Below are positions 17,346 to 27,099 of a stretch of DNA of 35,288 nucleotides, piece by piece. The DNA is taken from assembly GCA_021157555.1 (NCBI GenBank), contig JAGGWL010000357.1:1-35288 (forward strand). The letters are read 5' to 3'. Position 1 is the stretch's first letter. Each line of letters starts with the position of its first letter. Source of the stretch: Deltaproteobacteria bacterium. Lineage in GTDB: Bacteria; Desulfobacterota; Desulfobacteria; Desulfobacterales; BuS5. Position numbers and translations under genes: made by a program. A model generated the notes under the pieces. The model did not search any database and was not told the origin of the DNA. It saw nothing but the letters and a program-made list of their open reading frames with translations.

Positions 17346-17531
17346 CACTTAAAACTCTAAAACTTCATTTTACTAAATACACAATAACACCTTGTTTTAT
17401 TTTGGTTAACAGGGCTTTTGTTCATGTAAAATTTTATAGATGCCGCATGAAAAAGTTTGACATAATCACGTCAAATACATACATAAAAGATAATTGCTTA
17501 CGTTGCTGACGCTCCTAAGGACAAAAACAAA

Positions 17532-19028
17532 ATGTTTATTAAAAAATTTCCTGATATAAAAGAATTTAAAAAATTAGCCAAAACGCATAATACAATTCCA
17601 GTTTGTGTTGAAATTCTTGCGGATACGGAAACACCGGTTTCTATTTTGAAAAAAATATATAATAATAAGGGGCCTGTTTTTCTTTTTGAAAGTGTGGAAG
17701 GCGGAGAAAGATGGGGCAGGTACAGCTTTATCGGTGCTTCTGCCCGCTATAAAATAAGAATTTATTCAACATTTGTTGAAATTGAGAAAAATGGTTCCCC
17801 GGAACAGATCCCCCATCATGGTGATCCTCTATCAATCCTGAGGAATTTCATGAAACGATTTGTCCCTGCGGATGTTTCAGGCCTTCCCAGATTCTGGGGC
17901 GGTATGGTAGGTTATTTAACCTATGAAATGGTCTCGTTTTTTGAAAACATTCCTAATAATTTGCCTGAAAATAAGCCGCTTGCAAATTTTATGATACCTG
18001 ACGAAATGCTGATATTTGATAATATTCGTAACACGTTAACAGGGTTGTCAATCGTTTTTTTAAAACCTGAGCATACAGCGGCTGAACTTGAGACCTTGTT
18101 TGCATCCGCTAATCAAAAAATAGAATCAATACTCAAGACAATCAATAAGCCGGATCAGAAAGGATATGAATATCCTAAATGTAAAGATTATAGTCTTAAG
18201 GCTCTTAAGGGTGATGATGAATACAGAGCATATGTAAAAAAAGTAAAAGAATATATCCTTGCCGGAGATGTTATTCAAACAGTTATATCTCAGCCTTTTG
18301 TTTGTGACATAACTCCTGATCTTTGGCATCTGTACCGAGCGCAAAGATATATCAATCCATCACCTTACCTTTATTTTATGCATCTGGATGATACTGCTCT
18401 GGTCGGATCATCCCCGGAAACAATGGTGCGCATTGAAGATGGGACAGCCAATCTGCGACCTATTGCGGGAACACGTCCCAGAGGATCGGATAAAAAAGAA
18501 GATGATAACCTGGCTGAAGAGCTGCTTGCAGACGAGAAAGAAAGAGCAGAGCACCTTATGCTGGTTGATCTCGGGCGTAATGATCTGGGAAGAGTTGCTC
18601 AAACAGGAACGGTTAATGTAACCGATCTTATGATTGTAGAACGATATTCCCATGTGATGCACATTGTATCGAATATTACATGTAAATTAAAGCAGGGATT
18701 TGATGCCTGGGATCTTGTTAAGGCGACTTTTCCGGCTGGCACTCTGTCCGGTGCCCCCAAGGTCAGAGCCATGGAGATAATATCCGAGATGGAAGATGAA
18801 CCGCGCGGTCCTTATGGAGGAGCAGTAGGTTACATATCCTTTAATGGAAACATGGATCTGGCTATAACCATAAGAACTGCATGTATTGAAAATGGCAAGC
18901 TTACCGTGAGAGCGGGAGCCGGGATTGTGTATGATTCGGATCCTGAAAAAGAGAGAGTTGAGACTGTAAACAAGGCCATGTCCATTCAGAAAGCTTTGCA
19001 GCTACTGAAATATGGATCCGGGGAGTAA
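17532..19028 (+). CDS. trpE: Anthranilate synthase component I
   Basis: FLFESVEGGERWGRYSF, NPSPY, RPIAGTRPRG, EHLMLVDLGRND, FPAGTLSGAPK. Confidence 0.95.
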   Translation: MFIKKFPDIKEFKKLAKTHNTIPVCVEILADTETPVSILKKIYNNKGPVFLFESVEGGERWGRYSFIGASARYKIRIYSTFVEIEKNGSPEQIPHHGDPLSILRNFMKRFVPADVSGLPRFWGGMVGYLTYEMVSFFENIPNNLPENKPLANFMIPDEMLIFDNIRNTLTGLSIVFLKPEHTAAELETLFASANQKIESILKTINKPDQKGYEYPKCKDYSLKALKGDDEYRAYVKKVKEYILAGDVIQTVISQPFVCDITPDLWHLYRAQRYINPSPYLYFMHLDDTALVGSSPETMVRIEDGTANLRPIAGTRPRGSDKKEDDNLAEELLADEKERAEHLMLVDLGRNDLGRVAQTGTVNVTDLMIVERYSHVMHIVSNITCKLKQGFDAWDLVKATFPAGTLSGAPKVRAMEIISEMEDEPRGPYGGAVGYISFNGNMDLAITIRTACIENGKLTVRAGAGIVYDSDPEKERVETVNKAMSIQKALQLLKYGSGE

Positions 19029-19034
19029 CGATTT

Positions 19035-19601
19035 ATGATAGTAATGATTGATAACTATGATTCATTTACTTATAATCTGGTGCAATATCTGGAGCAGCTC
19101 GGAGCAGATATCAAGGTTATTAGAAATGATGTTATAACAATAAAGGAGCTTGTTGCTTTAGCTCCTTCGGGAATAGTTATTTCGCCAGGCCCGGGCAGAC
19201 CGGAATCTGCGGGATTATCTGTTCCGGCGATTAAATATTTTTCCGGCAAAATACCAATTCTGGGGGTCTGTCTCGGCCACCAGTCGATTGCCTTTGCTTT
19301 TGGCGGTACAATTGTTCCGGCCAAATATATAGTGCATGGTAAAACATCTATAATTAAATCAGACGAAAAGGTTTTATATAAGGGTATAGGAAAACAATTT
19401 GTGGTAATGCGCTACCATTCGCTGGCTGTATCAAGGGATATGCTGCCAGATTGCCTGGAGATAACTGCGGAATCGGATGATGGCGAGATCATGGGGTTGC
19501 GCCACAAAAAACATTTTACAGAAGGTATTCAGTTTCATCCGGAATCAATAATGACAACTTCAGGCATGAAGCTTTTAGAAAATTATTTAAATTATGTTTA
19601 A
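19035..19601 (+). CDS. trpG: Anthranilate synthase component II
   Basis: IDNYDSFTYNL, SPGPG, GVCLGHQ, RYHSL, QFHPES. Confidence 0.94.
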   Translation: MIVMIDNYDSFTYNLVQYLEQLGADIKVIRNDVITIKELVALAPSGIVISPGPGRPESAGLSVPAIKYFSGKIPILGVCLGHQSIAFAFGGTIVPAKYIVHGKTSIIKSDEKVLYKGIGKQFVVMRYHSLAVSRDMLPDCLEITAESDDGEIMGLRHKKHFTEGIQFHPESIMTTSGMKLLENYLNYV

Positions 19602-20604
19602 AAAATATCTTAATCAAATTATTCATGGTAAAAACCTGAACGAAGCAGAAATGTATGCTATGATAATGGAAATTTTTTCCGGCAACATTACAGATGCCCA
19701 GATCGGCGCATTCATGGCCGCTTTGGCAACCAAGGGTGAGACCTTTGAGGAGGTCGCCGGAGCCGCAAAAGCAATGCGCTCTAAAGCGTACCATCTTGAT
19801 ATCACCGGAGTAGATGTGATAGATACCTGTGGAACGGGAGGTGACGGTGCCAAAACATTCAACATATCCACCACGACAGCCTTTGTTGTAGCAGGGTGCG
19901 GGTTAAAAGTAGCCAAACATGGTAACCGTTCTGTCTCCAGCCAATGCGGGAGCGCCGATCTGCTGGAAGTTCTTGGAGTAAAAATTGATGCTGATCCTGC
20001 AATTGCAGCCAGGGCGGTTTCAGAAACAGGGATAGGTTTTTTCTTTGCGCCACTGTTTCACGGTGCTATGAAATATGTTGCCAGGGCCCGAAAAGAGATC
20101 GGAGTTCGTTCAATATTTAACATGATCGGCCCCTTAACCAATCCGGCCAATGCGAATTGTCAGCTAATCGGCGTATATGCGCTGGAACTGACAGAATTGA
20201 TGGCTAATGCTCTTAAGCTGCTTGGCAGCAAGCGTGCTTTTGTTGTACATGGATATGACGGCCTTGATGAAGTTACAATCTGCGCTCCCACCAGGATTTC
20301 AGAGTTAAAAGATCAAAAAATTAAGACTTATGATGTTTTTCCGAATGAATTTTTCAGTACATCCTGCAAACCTGAAGATATTATGGGAGGAAATCCCAAA
20401 AAAAATGCAGAGATTACGCTTGAAATTTTTAATGGAAAAAGTGGACCGAAACGTGATATTGTGATATTAAATGCATCCTTTGCACTGGTTGCGGGTGGTA
20501 AGGCAAAAAATATTTTAGATGGCATTCAGATTGCAGGCACTTCAATTGATAATGGGGCTGCCCTTCAGAAGCTGGATGAGCTTGTACGATTTTCGCAACA
20601 ATAG
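19594..20604 (+). CDS. trpD: Anthranilate phosphoribosyltransferase
   Basis: DTCGTGGDG, FNIST, KHGNRSVSS, GPLTNP, DGLDE. Confidence 0.96.
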   Translation: MFKKYLNQIIHGKNLNEAEMYAMIMEIFSGNITDAQIGAFMAALATKGETFEEVAGAAKAMRSKAYHLDITGVDVIDTCGTGGDGAKTFNISTTTAFVVAGCGLKVAKHGNRSVSSQCGSADLLEVLGVKIDADPAIAARAVSETGIGFFFAPLFHGAMKYVARARKEIGVRSIFNMIGPLTNPANANCQLIGVYALELTELMANALKLLGSKRAFVVHGYDGLDEVTICAPTRISELKDQKIKTYDVFPNEFFSTSCKPEDIMGGNPKKNAEITLEIFNGKSGPKRDIVILNASFALVAGGKAKNILDGIQIAGTSIDNGAALQKLDELVRFSQQ

Positions 20605-21470
20605 TGGGGCTGGTGTTGGGTTTTGAGTGGCTAATTTTAATCATAAAACAGGTTTTAAATAATATTTTGGATAATTCTGTTATTACAAAAAATCCTTTTA
20701 CTATTCTTGGAAGATCAGTTCTGCTAATGGTTCAGAGAATAGGAAGAACATCTGTTTTTTTTATAAGAGGTTTTTTCTCCATTTTTTTCCCGCCGGTGAA
20801 GTTGATAAAAATTCTGGATCAAGTCTATTTTATAGGGGCGAAATCAATTTTTGTTATTGTTCTTACCGGAGCTTTTATCGGTATGGTGCTGGGACTTCAA
20901 GGTTATTATACACTTGTAAAATTTGGCTCGGAAGGCGTGCTTGGCTCCGTTGTTGCCTTATCGTTGATCCGTGAAATGGGTCCTGTTATGACAGCTATTA
21001 TGGTAATTGGAAGAGCCGGATCCGCCATGGCTGCAGAGATTGGAATTATGCGTATATCAGAGCAGATTGATGCCCTGGAAACTATGAATATTGATCCTGT
21101 GAGATTTCTTTTCAGCCCACGGCTTGCGGCTGCTCTAATCAGCTTTCCCATGCTGACGGCTCTTTTTGATGTTATTGGTATCATAGGTGGATACGTTACA
21201 GGATCACTCCTGCTTGGTATAAATTCCGGAATCTACTTTGCAAGGGTGGAATCAAGTGTTTTAATTCAGGATGTTTCCGGAGGCTTTATTAAATCTATAA
21301 TCTTTGCCATGGTGGTTGTAACAATCTGTTCTTCCCAGGGATATTATACCCATACCAGATCAGACGGATTCGGTGCAAAAGGGGTAAGTCTTTCAACTAC
21401 TTCTGCAGTGGTTATTTCTTCAGTACTCGTCCTTCTTACAGACTATATACTGACATCTTTTTTGATATAG
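20604..21470 (+). CDS. mlaE: Mla ABC transporter permease
   Basis: REMGPVMTAIMVIGRAGSAMAAEIGIMRISEQIDALETM; true start uncertain and possibly downstream. Confidence 0.92.
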   Translation: MGLVLGFEWLILIIKQVLNNILDNSVITKNPFTILGRSVLLMVQRIGRTSVFFIRGFFSIFFPPVKLIKILDQVYFIGAKSIFVIVLTGAFIGMVLGLQGYYTLVKFGSEGVLGSVVALSLIREMGPVMTAIMVIGRAGSAMAAEIGIMRISEQIDALETMNIDPVRFLFSPRLAAALISFPMLTALFDVIGIIGGYVTGSLLLGINSGIYFARVESSVLIQDVSGGFIKSIIFAMVVVTICSSQGYYTHTRSDGFGAKGVSLSTTSAVVISSVLVLLTDYILTSFLI

Positions 21471-21476
21471 ATAATT

Positions 21477-22244
21477 ATGGATCAACCTTTAATACAATTA
21501 AAAAATATTTGCAAAAAATTTGGTCAAAACGTTGTGCTTCACAACGCAAATTTAAATATATACAAGGGAGAAGTAACAACCATTATAGGTAAAAGCGGAA
21601 GCGGTAAAAGTGTGCTGCTGAAGCATATTATCGGATTGATGGAACCTGATTCAGGCAAGATTTTATTTAAGGACCGGCAAGTTTCAGAGATGAACAAAAA
21701 AGAGCGGTATAACTTAAAAAAAAAATTCAGCTATATGTTTCAAGGTACGGCTTTATTTGATTATATGACGGTTTTGGACAATATTGCCCTTCCCCTGCGT
21801 GAAACAACATCACTGCGTGAGTCTGAAATTTTGAATCGGTCGCATAACATGTTAGCACAGCTTGATCTCTATGAGATTGACGATAAATATCCATCACAAA
21901 TCTCAGGTGGTATGAAAAAACGTGTTGCCATGGCAAGGGCTTTGGTTACAGATCCCGAAATTGTTCTTTTTGACGAACCTACCACCGGTCTTGACCCGAT
22001 CCGAAAAAATGCTGTACACAGCATGATCGCCTCTTACCAGAAAAGGTTCGAATTTACCGGAGTGCTTGTAAGTCATGAAATACCGGATGTTTTTTATATT
22101 TCCCAGCGTGTTGCAATGCTGGATAACAGAACAATACTTTTTGAGGGTACACCCGATGAAATCCAAAAATCGACTAAACCTGAAATCAGGCAATTTATAC
22201 ATGCTTCTATTAATTTTACCGGATCTGAATCGGAGACGTCATGA
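21477..22244 (+). CDS. mlaF: Mla ABC transporter ATP-binding protein
   Basis: GKSGSGKS, ISGGMKKRVA, FDEPTTGLDP; operon context. Confidence 0.92.
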   Translation: MDQPLIQLKNICKKFGQNVVLHNANLNIYKGEVTTIIGKSGSGKSVLLKHIIGLMEPDSGKILFKDRQVSEMNKKERYNLKKKFSYMFQGTALFDYMTVLDNIALPLRETTSLRESEILNRSHNMLAQLDLYEIDDKYPSQISGGMKKRVAMARALVTDPEIVLFDEPTTGLDPIRKNAVHSMIASYQKRFEFTGVLVSHEIPDVFYISQRVAMLDNRTILFEGTPDEIQKSTKPEIRQFIHASINFTGSESETS

Positions 22245-22690
22245 AAAAATCTTCTCTTGAAACCTCTGTAGGCATTTTTGTGCTGATAGGAATGTTATGT
22301 ATAGGATATCTTGCTATCAAGCTTGGTAAAATGGAATGGATAGGCGATAACAATTATGAGCTTACAGCCAGATTTGAGTCGGTTTCAGGTTTAAAAGTAG
22401 GCGCACAGGTTGAAATGGCGGGTGTCCCCATTGGACAGGTCAAGTCCATAAATCTTGATCAGGATCGCCAGGTTGCACTTGTAAAAGTTAAAATTCAAAA
22501 TGGAATTATACTAACGGATGATGTTATTGCTTCGGTAAAGACCTCCGGCCTGATAGGAGATAAATTTATAAAAATGACTCCGGGCGGTTCTGATGAAATT
22601 TTAAAAAAAGGGGATGCTATTACAGAGACGGAATCATCTCTGGATATTGAAGATCTAATCAGCAAATATGCCTTTGGTAGTGTAGAATAG
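22241..22690 (+). CDS. mlaD: MCE-domain lipid asymmetry protein
   Basis: GLKVGAQVEMAGVPIGQV, TSGLIGDKFI. Confidence 0.93.
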   Translation: MKKSSLETSVGIFVLIGMLCIGYLAIKLGKMEWIGDNNYELTARFESVSGLKVGAQVEMAGVPIGQVKSINLDQDRQVALVKVKIQNGIILTDDVIASVKTSGLIGDKFIKMTPGGSDEILKKGDAITETESSLDIEDLISKYAFGSVE

Positions 22691-22702
22691 GAGATATTTT
22701 AG

Positions 22703-23332
22703 ATGACTTTAAGAAAAATAATCCAGATTTCTGTTTTACTTTTTTTTTGCGCTTTTACTTCAATGGGATATGGCCGGCAGCCGATGGAAACGTTAAAGCA
22801 GCCTATTAATAATGTTCTCATGATACTGAAAGATCCTCAATACAAGGCAGCTTCTAAAAAAAGCCTGCAGCGTGACAAAATTTTTGAAACAGTGCGTAGT
22901 TTGTTCGATTTTCCAACAATTACAAAGCTGTCTCTCGGAAAATACAGGAAAACCTTTACACCTGAACAGTTAAAGGCTTTAATTGATGTTTTTACCGAAT
23001 TCCTTGGCAAAATATATATTAATAAAATGCTTTCAGAATTTAAAGATGAAGAGGTTCTTTATATAGCCGAGGATATGTTGACCGAAAAAAAAGCAATTGT
23101 AAAAACCAGTATCCTCCGGGACAAAGGTAATATTGCGGTAAACTACCGTATGCATCTTCATGGCGGAGTATGGTCTGTTTATGATGTAAGAGCGGAGGGT
23201 GTAAGCCTTGTAAAAAACTATCGCACACAGTTCAGTCAGATTCTTTTTAAAGAAAAGCCTGAAATATTAATGCAAAAACTTCAAAAAAAATTAAACGAAC
23301 AAGAGTCAGAAACCGATGCTCCACAGCCTTAA
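22703..23332 (+). CDS. mlaC: Periplasmic phospholipid-binding protein (MlaC/Ttg2D)
   Basis: Signal peptide; WSVYDVRAEGVSLVKNYRTQF. Confidence 0.9.
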   Translation: MTLRKIIQISVLLFFCAFTSMGYGRQPMETLKQPINNVLMILKDPQYKAASKKSLQRDKIFETVRSLFDFPTITKLSLGKYRKTFTPEQLKALIDVFTEFLGKIYINKMLSEFKDEEVLYIAEDMLTEKKAIVKTSILRDKGNIAVNYRMHLHGGVWSVYDVRAEGVSLVKNYRTQFSQILFKEKPEILMQKLQKKLNEQESETDAPQP

Positions 23333-24104
23333 ACTTTTGTTATTGATTTTGACTCTGTTTTTATGCAGTTATATAACTTCCGTTTTTGCATCGGAATCTT
23401 CTTTGCAGGCTGGCAGTATTATAAATAATAGCACAATAGATGATGATTTTGCGGACGAAGAGCTTGAGCTGTTTGATGAAGAGGGTGATTTAGAGAACAA
23501 CCGGATTGCGGATCCTATTAAGTACTGGAACATTGGCATGTATTATTTTAATGACAAGCTCTACTTTTGGGGCATCAAACCTTTGACTAAAGGTTATATT
23601 GCGATTACTTCCAAAAGCATACGGTCAGGTGTAAAAAATTTTTTTTCCAACATTACCACACCAATACGACTTGTGAATTGTATTCTTCAATTAAAAATTA
23701 AAAACACAGGAACGGAAACAGCAAGATTTGTTATCAACAGCACCATAGGCATACTCGGTTTTGCAGATCCTGCAAAAGAATATTACGGCCTGGAACCTAA
23801 AGATGAAGATTTAGGTCAAACTTTTGGATTTTATGGTATAGGCAATGGTTTCTATGTAGTTTGGCCATTTCTGGGACCATCATCTTTACGCGATTCCGCA
23901 GGTCTTTTGGGTGATAGATTCCTTAACCCTGTATCTTATGTTAAACCCTGGGAAGCCTCCATAGCGATTACAGGTTATAAAACAGTAAATAATACATCTT
24001 TTAAAATAGGGGATTATGAAAGCCTTAAAGCCGCGGCACTAACCCCTTATGAATCGTTAAAGGATGTGTATACACAAAATCGTAGAAAAAAAATAAATGA
24101 ATAA
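23316..24104 (+). CDS. mlaA: MlaA/VacJ family protein
   Basis: RFVINSTIGILG, EDLGQTFG, PFLGPSSLRD. Confidence 0.92.
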   Translation: MLHSLKLLLLILTLFLCSYITSVFASESSLQAGSIINNSTIDDDFADEELELFDEEGDLENNRIADPIKYWNIGMYYFNDKLYFWGIKPLTKGYIAITSKSIRSGVKNFFSNITTPIRLVNCILQLKIKNTGTETARFVINSTIGILGFADPAKEYYGLEPKDEDLGQTFGFYGIGNGFYVVWPFLGPSSLRDSAGLLGDRFLNPVSYVKPWEASIAITGYKTVNNTSFKIGDYESLKAAALTPYESLKDVYTQNRRKKINE

Positions 24105-24113
24105 GGAGAGTTA

Positions 24114-25694
24114 ATGAAAGTACTGGTAAGTGATAATCTCGGTCAAATTGGTATCGAAATGTTTCAAAAAGAAAAGAATATTGATGTTGATGTTAAAACA
24201 GGGCTTGCTCCTGAGGAATTAAAAGAGATAATTTCCGAATATGATGCTCTGGTTATCAGAAGCGCTACCAAAGTAACTGAAGAACTTCTTGAAGCCGCAA
24301 CTAATTTAAAAGTGGTGGGCAGGGCCGGCATAGGACTTGATAATGTTGATATTCCCGCAGCCACAAAACGGGGCGTGGTGGTTATGAACACACCTGGCGG
24401 CAATGTGATCACCACTGCCGAGCATGCCATAGCCATGATACTATCCCTGACGCGTAATATTCCGGCAGGGACTTCATCCTTAAAGGAAGGTTTGTGGAAT
24501 AAAAAAAAGTTGCAGGGAAGAGAAATTTATAACAAAACATTAGGTTTGATTGGTTTTGGAAAAATTGGTTCAATAGTCGCAGACCGAGCTCAGGGCCTTA
24601 AAATGAAGGTTATTGTGTATGATCCTTTTGTTACTCCTGAGCTTATTGAAAAGTCCGGTGTTAAATCTGTTTCTCTGGAAGAGCTTTACAGCAGATCCGA
24701 TTATATTACTGTTCATGTTCCAAAAATGAAAGAAACAACCGGTTTGCTGAATGAAGATGCCTTTAATCAGATGAACGACGGTGTAATGGTGGTAAATTGC
24801 GCGCGCGGTGGAATTATTGATGAAACAGCCTTGTACAATGCCATGAAGTCAGGCAAGGTTGCTGGCGCTGCTCTGGATGTTTTTGAAAGCGAACCTCCAG
24901 GTGAATCTCCTCTTTTTGAATTTGACAGATTTATCTGTACTCCTCACCTGGGTGCCTCAACCAAAGAGGCACAAACAAATGTAGCCGTTGCGGTTGCAGG
25001 CCAGATTATAGAATACCTTAATAACGGAACAATTCTTAATGCCGTCAATGTTCCTTCAGTTACAGGTGATCTGCTTGATAAACTTGGCCCTTTTTTAACA
25101 ATCGCAGACCGGATGGGGTGCCTGCTGGCTCAGCTTATAGATTGTCCCTTAAAAGAAGTTATTATTGAATATCGCGGCGATTTTCAGGGACTCGACATGT
25201 CTCCCGTATCAACTGCAGTTTTAAAAGGGCTCCTTTCTTCAGCCGTTAAAGATGATGTAAATTTTGTTAATGCAAATATTATAGCAAAAGAAAGAGGCAT
25301 AAAGGTTCTGGAGACCTACAGCTCTGAATCTGAAGACTATATAAATCTGATTACGGTTAAAGCGATAACTACAGGGGCGACAACTATTGTTTCAGGCACA
25401 ATTTTCGGCAAGCATGATGCGCGAGTTGTAAAAATAAATAATTTCAGGGTGGAACTTATTCCAGAGGGTCATCTTGCGCTGATACATAATATGGATAAGC
25501 CTGGAGCCATAGGGAGCATAGGTACAGTTCTTGGTGAACATAAAATTAATATTGCAAGGATGCAGGTGGGGCAGGAAGAAGATGGCGAAAAAAATATTAT
25601 ATTTTTGCGCACAGATGTTCCTTTTACAGATGAAGCTATAGAGAACCTTCGAAACCTGCCACTGGTTAAGACGGTAACACCTCTTGAGCTTTAA
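24114..25694 (+). CDS. serA: D-3-phosphoglycerate dehydrogenase (long form with ACT domain)
   Basis: GRAGIGLDNVD, GFGKIG, NCARGG, TPHLGAST, DKPGAIG. Confidence 0.96.
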   Translation: MKVLVSDNLGQIGIEMFQKEKNIDVDVKTGLAPEELKEIISEYDALVIRSATKVTEELLEAATNLKVVGRAGIGLDNVDIPAATKRGVVVMNTPGGNVITTAEHAIAMILSLTRNIPAGTSSLKEGLWNKKKLQGREIYNKTLGLIGFGKIGSIVADRAQGLKMKVIVYDPFVTPELIEKSGVKSVSLEELYSRSDYITVHVPKMKETTGLLNEDAFNQMNDGVMVVNCARGGIIDETALYNAMKSGKVAGAALDVFESEPPGESPLFEFDRFICTPHLGASTKEAQTNVAVAVAGQIIEYLNNGTILNAVNVPSVTGDLLDKLGPFLTIADRMGCLLAQLIDCPLKEVIIEYRGDFQGLDMSPVSTAVLKGLLSSAVKDDVNFVNANIIAKERGIKVLETYSSESEDYINLITVKAITTGATTIVSGTIFGKHDARVVKINNFRVELIPEGHLALIHNMDKPGAIGSIGTVLGEHKINIARMQVGQEEDGEKNIIFLRTDVPFTDEAIENLRNLPLVKTVTPLEL

Positions 25695-25718
25695 TTTTTT
25701 TTGAACGGGAGATAAACA

Positions 25719-26024
25719 ATGTCCGATAAAAAAAATTTTGTGTTAAAAGATAATAATCCGGCAGAAAGTCAACATAATGTGATGCCGGGAATTGATTTTT
25801 CTACATTTATAATGTCCTTGAATGCATCTATTCTGGTAAATCTTGGATTAATGGATGATCCAGTGACCGGGGAAAAAAGTAAAGACCTGCTTATGGGGAA
25901 ACAAACCATTGATGTTTTAAGCATGCTGCAGGAAAAGACCAAAGGCAACCTGACTCCTGAGGAGGATAATCTGCTAAAACATATCCTGTACGAACTGCGT
26001 ATACTTTATGTCAAGCAGCAATAG
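25719..26024 (+). CDS. DUF1844 family protein
   Basis: FSTFIMSL...KQTIDVLSMLQEKTKGNLTPEE...LYELR. Confidence 0.85.
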   Translation: MSDKKNFVLKDNNPAESQHNVMPGIDFSTFIMSLNASILVNLGLMDDPVTGEKSKDLLMGKQTIDVLSMLQEKTKGNLTPEEDNLLKHILYELRILYVKQQ

Positions 26025-26102
26025 AAACCATTGATTTTTTATGTAGATTTTAATGCAGGGGCGGTGTGTAAACTGCCCTTGCAATTTTTATATTATACCT
26101 TA

Positions 26103-27074
26103 ATGACTATTACTTACAACCCCACCATTGAACCTTCAGGACGGATCAAAGTTTTATCCCCGGCTAAAATTAATCTTTTTTTACATATTACAGGAAAAAG
26201 ACCGGATGGATATCATAATTTGCTATCCCTGATGTGCTGCATTAATCTTTATGATACACTCTATATCAATTTGGACGCTAAAAGAACAGGCATTACATGC
26301 ACCCATCCAGACGTTCCATTAGACAAAACAAACATAGCCCTTAAAGCCGCAAGCACCTTCCTTAAAGCAATAAATATTGATAAAGCCGTCGGAATTCATA
26401 TAACAAAACGAATACCTGTTGGTGCAGGACTTGGCGGAGGCAGCAGTAATGCTGCCGCAGTTCTTCTGGCATTAAATTATTATTATGATCATCCTTGCTC
26501 CATGGATAAATTAATTTCAATGGGACTTTCCCTTGGAGCTGATGTCCCTTTTTTAATTTTCCGCAAACCTGCCGTTGTTTCAGGAATAGGGGAAAAACTT
26601 GAATCGTTTCATGGTTTGTCGAACAGACATATTTTATTGATATACCCGGGTTTTAGCATCTCGACCGCGGAGATATTTAAAAAATACGATTTAAGATTGA
26701 CAAAAACAAAAAATAAAAATAAAATTAATCTTTTTGTAAAGGACAAAAATAAAATTGAATCCTTGTTATGGAACGATCTGGAAAAAATTGCGGCAACAGA
26801 GTATCCTGAAATATATGATGTAAAGAAAGCTCTTTTGAGTCAGGGCGCACAAGGAGTCCTTATGACAGGAAGCGGATCTGCTGTTTTTGGCCTTTTTTCT
26901 GATTTTAGCAGAGCAAAAACAGCCTGTGATGCCATTTCGCGTAATATTAACTGGCAGCTTTTTCTCACGGATTTAGTTATACCTACTGGGGCGTCGTCAA
27001 GTGGTAAGACACAGGACTTTGATTCCTGCATTCGGAGGTTCGAACCCTCCCGCCCCAGCCATATAATATTTTGA
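26103..27074 (+). CDS. ispE: 4-diphosphocytidyl-2-C-methyl-D-erythritol kinase, with C-terminal extension through tRNA-Gln
   Basis: PAKINLFL, DGYH, KRIPVGAGLGGGSSNAA, LGADVPF, MTGSGS; likely start ATG 26103. Confidence 0.93.
   Translation: MTITYNPTIEPSGRIKVLSPAKINLFLHITGKRPDGYHNLLSLMCCINLYDTLYINLDAKRTGITCTHPDVPLDKTNIALKAASTFLKAINIDKAVGIHITKRIPVGAGLGGGSSNAAAVLLALNYYYDHPCSMDKLISMGLSLGADVPFLIFRKPAVVSGIGEKLESFHGLSNRHILLIYPGFSISTAEIFKKYDLRLTKTKNKNKINLFVKDKNKIESLLWNDLEKIAATEYPEIYDVKKALLSQGAQGVLMTGSGSAVFGLFSDFSRAKTACDAISRNINWQLFLTDLVIPTGASSSGKTQDFDSCIRRFEPSRPSHIIF
26697..26725 (+). promoter_or_regulatory. Sigma70 promoter internal to ispE
   Basis: TTGACA-N17-TAAAAT, upstream of tRNA-Gln and prs. 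Confidence 0.7.
26987..27061 (+). tRNA. tRNA-Gln (TTG)
   Basis: TGGGGCG/CGCCCCA acceptor stem, CAGGA-CTTTGAT-TCCTG anticodon arm, GGAGGTTCGAACCCTCC T arm, CCA end. Confidence 0.97.
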
Positions 27075-27099
27075 ATTCTGATAGAGATTTAATGAATAA

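Noticed and set aside
17303-17509. 68-aa ORF upstream of trpE as a leader peptide
   Set aside because: No Trp codons, no RBS, and it spans a REP-like palindrome.
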